Origin: Bacteroidales bacterium
Lineage (GTDB): Bacteria; Bacteroidota; Bacteroidia; Bacteroidales; B18-G4
Reading direction: 5' to 3'
Length of the DNA: 64,000 bases
NCBI GenBank assembly: GCA_018401355.1
Contig: JAGYLD010000001.1
Coordinates: forward strand, 7,022-71,021
This document shows positions 28,757-38,596 of the stretch, in pieces; position 1 is the first letter of the stretch, and every line of letters starts with the position of its first letter. The notes beneath the pieces were generated by a model that saw only the letters and a list, made by a program, of their open reading frames with translations, was not told the DNA's origin and searched no databases. Made by a program: the position numbers and the translations under genes.

Positions 28757-29841
28757 TGGCTTATTATCATTCACGGTATGGAAAAGTTTCCAAAAAAAGG
28801 AAAAAAGGATGGCACAGGTTTATCCTGGTTACACTCACAATGCTGATAATCATTGCTGGCATACTGGCTTTTACCGGCTATAAAATGTTATTCACCAATA
28901 ATGTATGGCTGAATAACAAAAAAGCCGTTTCAATATATATACCTACAGGATCTGATTACGAGGATGTAAAAACCATTTTATACAGCAAAGGGATTATACT
29001 ACATCGAAATTCATTTGAATGGGTCGCGAAGAAAAAAAAATATCCTGCTATGGTAAAGCCTGGCCATTATGTGATAAAGGAAGGAATGAGCAACGATGAA
29101 CTCATCAACCTCCTGAGGACTGGCAAACAAACACCTGTTAATGTTATTTTCAATAATATCAGAAACAAAGAACAACTGGCCAAAAGAATCTCTACCCAAA
29201 TTGAAGCAGATTCAACTGACCTCATCTCACTGCTGACAGACACAGTTTATATTGCGAGGCTCGGTTTTTCAGAACATACTGTATTGAGCCTTTTTGTTCC
29301 AAACACTTATGAACTATACTGGAATACTAATTCAGAACAATTTATTGAACGGATGTATTCCGAATACAAAAGATTTTGGAATAATGAAAGGGAAGAAAAA
29401 GCCAAAGAGATTGGACTTACGATCCCGGAAGTAGTGACCCTGGCATCCATTGTTGAAAAAGAAACTGCCAAAAATGAAGAAAAAGATGACATCGCAGGTG
29501 TATATATGAACAGGCTGGAAAAAGGCTGGCGATTACAAGCTGACCCAACATTGATTTATGCCCATGATGATTACAGTATAAAGCGGGTATTAAACAGACA
29601 TAAAACTGTTGATTCACCCTATAACACATACAAATACAGAGGATTGCCACCAGGCCCCATTTGTATTCCCTCCATAGCATCCATCAATGCCGTACTCAAT
29701 TATACCAAACATGATTACATGTATTTCTGCGCCAAAGATGATATGATCGGATATCATGTATTTGCAAAAACATCAGCAGAGCATGGTATCAATGCAAGAA
29801 AGTATCAAAAAGCCCTGGATGAAATGAAAATCAAAAAATGA
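28756..29841 (+). CDS. mltG: Endolytic transglycosylase MltG
   Basis: N-terminal TM, LASIVEKET, LQADPT and SPYNTYKYRGLPPGPI. Confidence 0.95.
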   Translation: MAYYHSRYGKVSKKRKKGWHRFILVTLTMLIIIAGILAFTGYKMLFTNNVWLNNKKAVSIYIPTGSDYEDVKTILYSKGIILHRNSFEWVAKKKKYPAMVKPGHYVIKEGMSNDELINLLRTGKQTPVNVIFNNIRNKEQLAKRISTQIEADSTDLISLLTDTVYIARLGFSEHTVLSLFVPNTYELYWNTNSEQFIERMYSEYKRFWNNEREEKAKEIGLTIPEVVTLASIVEKETAKNEEKDDIAGVYMNRLEKGWRLQADPTLIYAHDDYSIKRVLNRHKTVDSPYNTYKYRGLPPGPICIPSIASINAVLNYTKHDYMYFCAKDDMIGYHVFAKTSAEHGINARKYQKALDEMKIKK

Positions 29842-30788
29842 ATTCATCCGGGATGTCACAGATTAAAATATCGATATTCATAATTCTCCTTGTTGCAACC
29901 TTCTTATTGAAATGCTGTGAGCAGGCAATCTCTCAGCAAAGCGATTCAAGCTTTCCTGATACGCTTAACAGAAAACGATTCACAGGCCTCGTAGTCACAG
30001 GTTCTGTTCTTTATGCCTCCTCCATGTTTGGATTGTACAATCTCTGGTATAAAGGTTACCCGCAAACTGGTTTTCACTTCATTGATGACAATAACGAATG
30101 GTTACAAATGGATAAGATCGGTCATACAACAACATCATATTACCTTGGAAGAATTAGTTATAATGCACTCAGATGGTCTGGCCTCAGCAAGAAAAAGGCC
30201 ATCTGGTATGGAGGATCTGCCGGGCTGCTATTTGTAACAACCATTGAAATATTTGATGGCTTCTCAGCCGAATGGGGTGCTTCACTAGGTGATGTCGCTG
30301 CTAACACCCTGGGTACAGCAATATTTATTTCTCAACAATTAATGTGGGGCGAACAAAGATTAACAATGAAGTTTTCCGCCCACCACACTAAGTATGCACG
30401 ATATAACCCTGAACAATTGGGCAGGAACTTTATTCAACAAACACTAAAAGATTACAACGGGCAAACATTCTGGCTTTCAGCAAATATTAAATCATTCTGT
30501 AAGGATGAATGCGCTTTTCCAGGATGGTTAAATGTAGCATTGGGTTATGGAGCCAAAGGAATGACAGGGCCAAGGAACAACATCACTAAAAATAAAGGAG
30601 TCCCTGTTCCTGAATTTCAGAGAACAAGACAATATTTTCTCTCTCCAGACATAGACCTTACCAGAATACCCACAAAATCAGGATTTCTAAAAGCCATCTT
30701 TAACATTTTTGGATTTATCAAGATCCCCTTACCCACCATTGAATACAACAAACAAGACAACCTTAAATTTCATTGGATATACTTTTAA
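29838..30788 (+). CDS. DUF2279 domain protein (YfiM-like)
   Basis: WLQMDKIGH, EIFDGFSAEWGAS.GD, KDYNGQTFWLS and SPDID. Confidence 0.82.
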   Translation: MNSSGMSQIKISIFIILLVATFLLKCCEQAISQQSDSSFPDTLNRKRFTGLVVTGSVLYASSMFGLYNLWYKGYPQTGFHFIDDNNEWLQMDKIGHTTTSYYLGRISYNALRWSGLSKKKAIWYGGSAGLLFVTTIEIFDGFSAEWGASLGDVAANTLGTAIFISQQLMWGEQRLTMKFSAHHTKYARYNPEQLGRNFIQQTLKDYNGQTFWLSANIKSFCKDECAFPGWLNVALGYGAKGMTGPRNNITKNKGVPVPEFQRTRQYFLSPDIDLTRIPTKSGFLKAIFNIFGFIKIPLPTIEYNKQDNLKFHWIYF

Positions 30789-30789
30789 T

Positions 30790-31428
30790 ATGATCGACAA
30801 AAAACTAATAATCTGGGATTGGAATGGCACATTGCTTAACGATATGCATATCTGTATTGATGCAATTAACCATTTGTTATTTGTAAGAAAAAAACCGGTC
30901 ATCAATTTAAAAACCTACAAAGAGATATTTACTTTTCCTGTAAAAGACTATTACATTGCAGCAGGTTTTGATTTCACCAATGAATCATTCGATATACCAG
31001 CATTGCAGTTCATGGATCTATACAAAAATCAGCTTAGAACTGCAGAACTCTATTCTGAAGTAAAATCTGTACTCAGACATTTCAAAGCAAAAAACATCCA
31101 CCAGGCTGTTCTCTCAGCCATGGAACATCAACTGCTTTTGGAATCAATCAAAGAAAAAAAAATAAATGATTACTTCCAGGCTATCCTTGGGATAGAAGAT
31201 CATTTTGCCAATGGTAAAACCCATCAGGCTGAAAAGTTGATTAAAAATTTTGATATCAACCCGAAAGAAGCCATATTTATTGGAGACACCATCCATGATC
31301 ATGAAGTGGCACTTGAAATTGGTTGTGATGCCATCCTTGTTTCTCATGGACACCAGTCTCATGAGAGATTGTCATCCACAGGAAGAAAAATAATTCATAA
31401 CCTTGAAGAACTCACCTCAATAATTTAA
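30790..31428 (+). CDS. HAD-superfamily hydrolase (phosphoglycolate phosphatase-like)
   Basis: IIWDWNGTL, VLSA, K, IGDTIHD and GHQS; start ATG 30790. Confidence 0.87.
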   Translation: MIDKKLIIWDWNGTLLNDMHICIDAINHLLFVRKKPVINLKTYKEIFTFPVKDYYIAAGFDFTNESFDIPALQFMDLYKNQLRTAELYSEVKSVLRHFKAKNIHQAVLSAMEHQLLLESIKEKKINDYFQAILGIEDHFANGKTHQAEKLIKNFDINPKEAIFIGDTIHDHEVALEIGCDAILVSHGHQSHERLSSTGRKIIHNLEELTSII

Positions 31429-31464
31429 TAATTTTAGCAAGAATATTAATTCAATAATCAACCT

Positions 31465-32826
31465 ATGAAAATAGTTAACAATGTTTCTGAAGCAGTAAAT
31501 TCCACCAACATAAAACCGGGAAGCATTATTTACATTCAGGGCAATGCAGCAACTCCGCAGGTATTGTGCAGACAACTTGCCCAGGATAACAACATTCACC
31601 ACATCGACACTTTGCATGTACTTTTGCTTGGTGACATACAGGATCTGTTTTCTCAGGATACATGCAAGCGGATAAGACACAGAATAATTTTCAACGGTCC
31701 CCATTCCCGCAAGGCCATAAATCATGGCTGGGCTGCTTACCAGCTCATCCATCTCAGTGACATACCAAATCAGCTGACCGACTTTATAAAGCCAAACATA
31801 GCTTTCCTGCAAGTTAGTGGCCCTGACAATGGAGGAAATTACAGCTTTGGAACAACGGTAGAAGGTGTAAAAGCTGCAGTTAATTCTGCCCGCGCAAACA
31901 ATGGTTATGTAATTGTTGAACGAAATGCAAAAATGCCTTTTGTGCTGGGAACTACCTTGCACGAATCGGAAATTGACTTTATGATAGATGTTGACTATGA
32001 CCTCCCCCACAGTCCCGTTCATGAACCTGATGAAAGGGCATGTAAAATTGGTGAGATTATTGCACAGCTATATATTCACGATGGATCTACTTTACAATAC
32101 GGTATAGGAGAAGTGCCTGAGGCGGTTACTAAAGCCCTTATAAGAAAAGGAGTCAAAAATCTCGGGATTTATACAGAGTTATTGGCTGATTCAATGAGAA
32201 TTCTTATTGAGAAGGGTATTGTTACCAACAAATACTTACAAAACAACTTTTCACTGGCCTCTATTTTTCTTGCAGGATCACGTGAAGGATATAAATGGCT
32301 TGATTTTAACAGTTCCGTTCAAAGCCGGCCCTCAGATCAGACAAATAACATCAGGAACATTGCTTTGCAACCGAAAATGACAGCAATAAACGGAGCCATC
32401 GGAGTGGACCTTCATGGAAACATTTGGGCAGATTCACTGTTTGCCAGACAGATATATAGTGGCATTGGTGGACAAGCAGACTTTCTGAGGGGATCATACC
32501 TATCACCTGGGGGTGTTCCGATCATAGCAATGAAATCATCTACTGAAAAAGGTGTTTCCAAAATTGTCGACAAATGTCCTGAAGGCATTACCACTTCAGC
32601 TATTGCTGCTGATCCGGTTGTTATAGTTACCGAAAACGGAGCCTTTAACCCCCGGGGACTAACTATTGCAGAGCACGCCATTGGAATTGCACATCTTGCG
32701 AAACCCGCAGTAAGGGAAAGCTTATTGAAGGAAATATACGAAAGCAAGGAATTTCACAAACCCAGGGCTGCCCTGAAAGATGTCCGGCCAAAAGGGTTCA
32801 TTTCTTATGAATCAATATATAAGTAA
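31465..32826 (+). CDS. Acetyl-CoA hydrolase/transferase family protein (4-hydroxybutyrate CoA-transferase-like)
   Basis: QGNAATP, QVSGPD, TLQYGIG, LGIYTE (catalytic Glu), SGIGGQADF and VTENG. Confidence 0.87.
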   Translation: MKIVNNVSEAVNSTNIKPGSIIYIQGNAATPQVLCRQLAQDNNIHHIDTLHVLLLGDIQDLFSQDTCKRIRHRIIFNGPHSRKAINHGWAAYQLIHLSDIPNQLTDFIKPNIAFLQVSGPDNGGNYSFGTTVEGVKAAVNSARANNGYVIVERNAKMPFVLGTTLHESEIDFMIDVDYDLPHSPVHEPDERACKIGEIIAQLYIHDGSTLQYGIGEVPEAVTKALIRKGVKNLGIYTELLADSMRILIEKGIVTNKYLQNNFSLASIFLAGSREGYKWLDFNSSVQSRPSDQTNNIRNIALQPKMTAINGAIGVDLHGNIWADSLFARQIYSGIGGQADFLRGSYLSPGGVPIIAMKSSTEKGVSKIVDKCPEGITTSAIAADPVVIVTENGAFNPRGLTIAEHAIGIAHLAKPAVRESLLKEIYESKEFHKPRAALKDVRPKGFISYESIYK

Positions 32827-32849
32827 CCGGACTGGATTCTAAGCTCCAG

Positions 32850-33572
32850 CTAGTCTTTCTCATCATAGATCTCCCTGCTGATAAGATCGCCCTCTTCGTA
32901 GATTTCTTTCTTGGTGTTTTCAGCTTTGTCATTGAAATACATCCATACACCATCCTGAAAATTATTTTTATAGGACCCACTAAGATTCACAGTTCCATTT
33001 ACATGATATATGGTGATCTGCCCCTCAAGTTTACCATCAATGTAATTTGCCTTTAGTTTAAGAGAACCATCCGTAAAAAATTGTTTCCATGGACCATGCT
33101 TTTTGCCATCAACATAAGTAAACTCTTCAGCAACTGAGCCATCAGGATAAAATGTCTGCCATATTCCTGTTTTCATCCCCCGTTCGTATATCTCTTCTGA
33201 AAGGAGCACACCATCAAACTCACTGTAGTAATGCCAGATACTGTCCTTTTTTTCGTTCAGATATTTACCCTCTGCCATCAACATACCATTCGGATGATAT
33301 GTTTTAGTCCTTGCTTCCCTGCCATCGTTGAATATCCTGGAAATGGCCTTCACAGTTCCGTTGGGATAATAATATTTGAACTCACCATAAGGAATATTAT
33401 CTTTAAAGTTACCCTCAAACTTTAGCTTTCCATCGCCATCAAACACCTTCCAATGGCCCTGTCTTCTGCCTTCCTTATCAACCTGGTTGTGTTGTCCATT
33501 AATAAGTTCCTGTCCACAAACCATAACGGGAAGTAGTACCAGGAAAACGATCAGAATCTTGAAAAACTTCAT
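32850..33572 (-). CDS. Exported MORN-variant repeat protein (YwqK-like)
   Basis: Signal peptide from ATG 33572; repeated G.W..Y..NG....G.Y..G units. Confidence 0.8.
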   Translation of the reverse strand: MKFFKILIVFLVLLPVMVCGQELINGQHNQVDKEGRRQGHWKVFDGDGKLKFEGNFKDNIPYGEFKYYYPNGTVKAISRIFNDGREARTKTYHPNGMLMAEGKYLNEKKDSIWHYYSEFDGVLLSEEIYERGMKTGIWQTFYPDGSVAEEFTYVDGKKHGPWKQFFTDGSLKLKANYIDGKLEGQITIYHVNGTVNLSGSYKNNFQDGVWMYFNDKAENTKKEIYEEGDLISREIYDEKD

Positions 33573-33681
33573 AAGGCACTCTTGTTTATTGGCTTTTAAG
33601 AAAGAAACCATAAGGAGAAGTAAGTTATCCTTTCAGGTTTTAAACGTATTTTTGCTTTCAAAAATATAAATAAATAGCATT

Positions 33682-34299
33682 GTGAACACATATTCCTCAA
33701 GTTTACTGGAAACTGCCGTAGATGAACTGGCCAAACTCCCCGGAATCGGAAGAAAAACAGCCCTGCGACTGGCATTACACCTGCTAAGACAAGATGAAGT
33801 CGCCGTAGAAAATTTTGGTAAAACCATCATAAAGCTGCGCAAAGAAATAAAGTTCTGCAAACACTGCCACAATATTTCAGATGAAGAAATATGCGAAATA
33901 TGCAGTGATCCAAAGCGTGATAAAGGATTGCTTTGCGTGGTAGAAGATGTCAGGGATGTACTTGCCATAGAAAACACCAACCAGTACAAAGGATTGTATC
34001 ATGTTCTTAACGGAATTATCTCACCCATGGAAGGCATTTCAGCTGCTGACCTAACCATGGATTCATTAGTCAAAAAAGTATTTAAAGGCAATATTGATGA
34101 GGTTATTCTCGCATTACCGACCACCATCGAGGGTGACACAACAAACTACTATATCTTCAAACAACTGCAAAGTGCCAACATTTCCATAACAACCATCGCA
34201 CGCGGAATTGCAATCGGTGATGAACTGGAATATACAGACGAAGTTACCCTGGGAAGGTCCATCCTGAACAGAACTCCTTTCAAAGATGCAGAGAAATAA
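33682..34299 (+). CDS. recR: Recombination mediator RecR
   Basis: [13 protein letters not shown]4 zinc finger, CVVED and [12 protein letters not shown]. Confidence 0.96.
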   Translation: MNTYSSSLLETAVDELAKLPGIGRKTALRLALHLLRQDEVAVENFGKTIIKLRKEIKFCKHCHNISDEEICEICSDPKRDKGLLCVVEDVRDVLAIENTNQYKGLYHVLNGIISPMEGISAADLTMDSLVKKVFKGNIDEVILALPTTIEGDTTNYYIFKQLQSANISITTIARGIAIGDELEYTDEVTLGRSILNRTPFKDAEK

Positions 34300-34303
34300 T
34301 TAG

Positions 34304-34546
34304 TCATCTCTCTTTTTCATCGTCAAAAAGATCAAGCTGATTCGGAGTGGGAAGAACATCCTGAGGGATCTCTTTGTCATAACCATTTAAAAACGGTCGT
34401 ATGACTTTTTTGATCAACTTATTTGGTGTTGTATGCCTTGCTTTACAATAGTTAATCAGGGAACGTTGTTGTCTCTGGGATAACTTGATTACAATTCTTC
34501 TGTAACGTACTTTTTTTCTTTTCTTTTTCCTTTTAATTAATGCCAT
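34304..34546 (-). CDS. Small basic hypothetical protein, ribbon-helix-helix-like, with C-terminal QLDLF motif
   Basis: 80 aa filling the gap between glmM and recR; Lys/Arg-rich N-terminus; RIVIKLS strand plus two helices; NQLDLF. Confidence 0.7.
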   Translation of the reverse strand: MALIKRKKKRKKVRYRRIVIKLSQRQQRSLINYCKARHTTPNKLIKKVIRPFLNGYDKEIPQDVLPTPNQLDLFDDEKER

Positions 34547-34586
34547 GGCTGAAAGCTATGATCGATCACTAAAATAAAAATTAGTG

Positions 34587-35978
34587 TTAAGTATTCGTCA
34601 AACTGTTAATATCTTTTAATAATTTATCAGCCATTTCACCGGCCAACTTTTCATCAGCGCCCTCAGCATAAATTCTGATAATAGGTTCAGTGTTAGACTT
34701 CCTCAAATGCACCCAGCCTTCTTCAAAGTCGATTTTAACACCATCTACAGTATTTACCTGAAAAGCTGAATATTTTTCTTTTATAGCATTCAAAATATTG
34801 TTAACATCCATACCCTGAGAAAGCCTGATCTTATTCTTTGATATTGAATAGATGGGATATGTTTTACGCAATTCTGAACATTTAAGTTTTGTTTTAGCCA
34901 GATAAGTTAGGAATAAAGCAATGCCAACAAGCGCATCCCTGCCATAATGGAGATCAGGATAAATCACTCCACCATTTCCTTCTCCCCCAATAACAGCGTT
35001 GTGCTTTTTCATCATTGCAACAACATTCACTTCTCCTACAGCGGAGGCAAAGTATTTGCCACCCAAATTCTCTGTCACATCCTTTAAAGCCCGGGTAGAA
35101 GACAAGTTTGAAACTGTATTACCCGGATGATTCCTGAGGATATAATCTGCAACCGCTACAAGCGTATATTCCTCCCCAAACATCTCACCTTTCTCAGTAA
35201 TAATGGCAAGCCGGTCTACATCCGGATCAACCACAAATCCCAGATCTGCATTTTCTCTTTTAACCCTGCTGGCAATTTCTTTCAGGTTCCCGGGCAGTGG
35301 TTCCGGATTGTGAGGAAAAACCCCTGTTGGTTCACAATATACAGGTATTACCCTTTTAACACCCAACTGCTCTAATAATGGCAGGATGGCCAATCCGCCG
35401 GTTGAATTTACTGCATCCAAAGCTACGGTGAAGCCTGCTTCATTTATTATCTTCGGATCAACTAAAGGCAGCTTAAGGATTTTTTCAATATGGATATTAA
35501 TGGCTTGCTCATTATGTGAATAATTCCCCAATTCATTATAATTGGCAAATGTCGTATCCATTTTTTGTGAGAGAGATAGAATCTTTTTGCCTTCAGCACC
35601 TGAAAGGAATTCTCCATTCATATTCAATAGTTTCAGTGCATTCCATTCACCCGGATTATGGCTGGCAGTAATAATGATCCCACCATGGGCGTTCAGTTCA
35701 GTTACCATAACCTCTACTGTAGGGGTTGTGGACAGTCCAAGGTCAATCACATCAACACCTTTACCCATCAATGTTCCCACAACCAAATGATTCACCATTG
35801 ACCCTGATATCCGTGCATCACGACCAAGTACCACTTTGAGTTTCTTACCAGGAAAACTTTCCTTTAAAAATGCTGCATAGGCAACGGAAAATTTCAATAT
35901 ATCCGGAGGAGTCAGACCTTCACCCGCTAAACCTCCAATAGTACCCCTGATCCCTGAAATGGATGTAATCAATGTCAT
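34587..35978 (-). CDS. glmM: Phosphoglucosamine mutase / phosphohexomutase
   Basis: SISGIRG, GRDAR, TASHNP, DPDVDR, GGEGNGG and RKSNTEP. Confidence 0.9.
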   Translation of the reverse strand: MTLITSISGIRGTIGGLAGEGLTPPDILKFSVAYAAFLKESFPGKKLKVVLGRDARISGSMVNHLVVGTLMGKGVDVIDLGLSTTPTVEVMVTELNAHGGIIITASHNPGEWNALKLLNMNGEFLSGAEGKKILSLSQKMDTTFANYNELGNYSHNEQAINIHIEKILKLPLVDPKIINEAGFTVALDAVNSTGGLAILPLLEQLGVKRVIPVYCEPTGVFPHNPEPLPGNLKEIASRVKRENADLGFVVDPDVDRLAIITEKGEMFGEEYTLVAVADYILRNHPGNTVSNLSSTRALKDVTENLGGKYFASAVGEVNVVAMMKKHNAVIGGEGNGGVIYPDLHYGRDALVGIALFLTYLAKTKLKCSELRKTYPIYSISKNKIRLSQGMDVNNILNAIKEKYSAFQVNTVDGVKIDFEEGWVHLRKSNTEPIIRIYAEGADEKLAGEMADKLLKDINSLTNT

Positions 35979-36103
35979 AATAAAGAATTTTGAGGCAAAT
36001 ATAATTTATATTAACTGTAGAGTTTATTCCCTGATACATTTTTATTCATGAATAGGAAACATATTTTAACTAATTTTGTCGGGATTATACAGAGAAATTC
36101 TAC

Positions 36104-37510
36104 ATGAACGACGACTTTGACTATAATGAAGAACTAGATCTTTCCAGCCTTATACTGCGATTTGAAGAGATGAGCAAGGCAGAGAAGGAATACTTTTTTG
36201 ACGTGGATGAATTTGATGCCATTATTGATTATTATCTTGACAACAGATTACTTGAACAATGTCAAAGAGCAATTACCATTGCCAGAGGCCAGCATCCTTC
36301 TGTTATCAACTTTCTACTTAAACAGGCCAGGCTCTTTATTCACAAAGACCAGGCAGAAAAAGCACTGGAACTCTTATCTGAAATTGAAAAGATAGAGCCT
36401 TCCAATGCCGATATATTCATGATCAAAGGATCTATTTACAGCCAATTCAAACATTATAACAAAGCTATTGAGGAATACAATAAAGCCATCAATGATGCTG
36501 AAGACATTGATGAGATATATACAAACATTGCCTTTGAATATGAGAATATGGGCAATTACAATAAAGCCATTGAATATTTAAAAAAGGTCCTTAGGGTTCA
36601 TCCTGAAAATGAATCCGTCATTTATGAGATATCTTTCTGCTTTGAAATCACTAAAAATATTGAACAGGGAATAGACTTTCTCCAGGAATTCCTGGATATC
36701 CATCCTTATTCAAAGGCTGCCTGGTTTAACATCGGACTGTTTTTCAACAATCTCGGCCTCTATGAAAAAGCTATAGAAGCTTATGATTATGCCCTGGCCA
36801 TTGATGATAAATTTGCTTCTGCATTTTTCAACAAAGCCAACGCATTAGCTAACCTGGACAAGTATCCTGAAGCCATCAGCACATACGAAGAATCGCTTAA
36901 ACTGGAAGAATTCGAAGCCATCACTTATTATTACATCGGTGAATGTTACGAAAAACTTGAAGATTTCAGGGAAGCTCTTAACTTTTACAGGAAAGCCCTT
37001 GATATTGACCATGACCTTCCCGATGCATGGATGGGCCTCGGAATTGCCTGTGATGAACTTGGACAAAGCGAAAAAGCTTTAAAGTACATGAAAAAGGCTA
37101 TTGAACTCGATGAGCTAAATTCCGAATACTGGTATTTACTGGGTGATTTGCAGGAAAAATTAGAAATGTCCGGTGATGCTATAAATTCTTTCAAAAAAGT
37201 TACAGAGCTGGATCCGGAAAACCTTGAAGTCTGGCTTGATTATTCCCAGGTATACTCCAGGAATGGAAAGTTTAGCAAAGCCATTAACATCCTGAAAGAA
37301 GGTCTTGAAATAAAAGGAAACAACACCGCACTTAAATACAGGCTGGTGGCTTACCTTCACCAGGCCGGAATGCTGCAAGAATCTCATGCCGCACTTGCTG
37401 AAGCCATTGCAGACAATCCTGCAATTTATAACAAGCTGATGGATTATTATCCGGAAATAAAGAAAGATCCGGTTGTTATGGATATGATCCAGGAAATCAG
37501 GAAAAGTTAA
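36104..37510 (+). CDS. Tetratricopeptide repeat protein
   Basis: FFDVDEF..IIDYY N-terminus and multiple TPR units; TAATTTTG promoter element at 36071. Confidence 0.87.
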   Translation: MNDDFDYNEELDLSSLILRFEEMSKAEKEYFFDVDEFDAIIDYYLDNRLLEQCQRAITIARGQHPSVINFLLKQARLFIHKDQAEKALELLSEIEKIEPSNADIFMIKGSIYSQFKHYNKAIEEYNKAINDAEDIDEIYTNIAFEYENMGNYNKAIEYLKKVLRVHPENESVIYEISFCFEITKNIEQGIDFLQEFLDIHPYSKAAWFNIGLFFNNLGLYEKAIEAYDYALAIDDKFASAFFNKANALANLDKYPEAISTYEESLKLEEFEAITYYYIGECYEKLEDFREALNFYRKALDIDHDLPDAWMGLGIACDELGQSEKALKYMKKAIELDELNSEYWYLLGDLQEKLEMSGDAINSFKKVTELDPENLEVWLDYSQVYSRNGKFSKAINILKEGLEIKGNNTALKYRLVAYLHQAGMLQESHAALAEAIADNPAIYNKLMDYYPEIKKDPVVMDMIQEIRKS

Positions 37511-37878
37511 TCTTCTTTCCTTTTTTTCATATCGATCAGTTTATCCACAAGATCCGGCACCTTTTCGAAAATGGCATCCAATCCCTTTTTCTTATCAGAA
37601 GTAATAAAGGATATCTCATCCCCCCGTGAAACCAAAAATCCGATTGGTGTGATTCCAACACCTGCTCCGGCACCTCCACCCATACCTTTGGCATGTTTTT
37701 CATCGCCTTTGCCTTTTCCAATAGTGCCTCCACTTCCAAACCCCAATCCAACTCTTATTACCGGAACACAAGAAAACTCACCCAGCTTGAATGGCTCCCC
37801 CATAACAGTTTCAGTCTTAACAATGGAGTTCAGATGGTCTAAAACCTTGTTGAAAGTTTCATCATAATTGATTGACAT
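37507..37878 (-). CDS. ytfJ: GerW/YtfJ family protein
   Basis: TETVMGEP, VPVIRVGLGFGSGG and GGGAGAGVGITPIGFLV. Confidence 0.85.
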   Translation of the reverse strand: MSINYDETFNKVLDHLNSIVKTETVMGEPFKLGEFSCVPVIRVGLGFGSGGTIGKGKGDEKHAKGMGGGAGAGVGITPIGFLVSRGDEISFITSDKKKGLDAIFEKVPDLVDKLIDMKKRKED

Positions 37879-37892
37879 AACAATTCCTCCTT

Positions 37893-38474
37893 TTATAAAA
37901 TGCGTGATTTTTTGTATCTTATATAAAACATTAATCCCGGTCTCAGAAAATTAAATATTCTGTTATTGATCTTCGCTATCAAACCAAATTCATCATTAAA
38001 ATTGATACTGATCCCGTGTTTTTCACCATTAATTGCAGAAAATACCGGAACCAACAAGGCATTTAAGGTATAATCTCCTGTGTCAAAGGTAGCTTCAAAG
38101 TGCTTCACTTTAAATGTCCCCAAAATGCCTAACATGAAAAGATAAATTGCTCTGAACTTCTTTTTCATATTGAAGCGATTTTTCCTTTTCTTTTTGTTGA
38201 TTTTGTCTCCCCTGGCTCCTCTCTTAACGAGCTTTTCAAATCGCCATATCTGCTGCTCCGCGTTCATCCTGAAAGAAATAAAAAACAACCTCATCCGCAC
38301 TGCATAGCCACCTTCATTCCTGAATACAAGTATCCTGAACAAACCCGGAAATAAAAAATAATATCTGTCTTCATAAGTATTGGCATAAATCGTAAACGGA
38401 ACAATAACAATATAGATCAGCAGCCCAATCAGAAAAAACAAAAACCCAAGGATGATCCACAACAGTATTATCAT
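37893..38474 (-). CDS. Membrane-anchored protein, YtfI/DUF2953-like
   Basis: N-terminal TM, basic central patch, DTGDY and INFN; sits directly upstream of ytfJ. Confidence 0.6.
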   Translation of the reverse strand: MIILLWIILGFLFFLIGLLIYIVIVPFTIYANTYEDRYYFLFPGLFRILVFRNEGGYAVRMRLFFISFRMNAEQQIWRFEKLVKRGARGDKINKKKRKNRFNMKKKFRAIYLFMLGILGTFKVKHFEATFDTGDYTLNALLVPVFSAINGEKHGISINFNDEFGLIAKINNRIFNFLRPGLMFYIRYKKSRIL

Positions 38475-38596
38475 AGTACGAAATTAAATATTTTAGCTAC
38501 AGGCATCAAAAGCCTTAACACATATAACGTAAAATTAACATTTCTTCGGAGCAAAGGCTATTTTACTATTTTTGCATGGCTTATAATTTATATGGA

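Noticed and set aside
30790-30840. HAD motif I reading DWNGT instead of DxDGT
   Set aside because: DWNGT is a recurring natural variant in this HAD subfamily, so it is not evidence of inactivation.
31417-32022. 201-aa minus-strand ORF overlapping the CoA transferase
   Set aside because: Fully antisense to a well-supported gene, with no recognisable motifs.
32850-33572. YwqK-like 'antitoxin' as part of a toxin-antitoxin system
   Set aside because: It is an exported MORN-variant repeat protein with no adjacent toxin gene.
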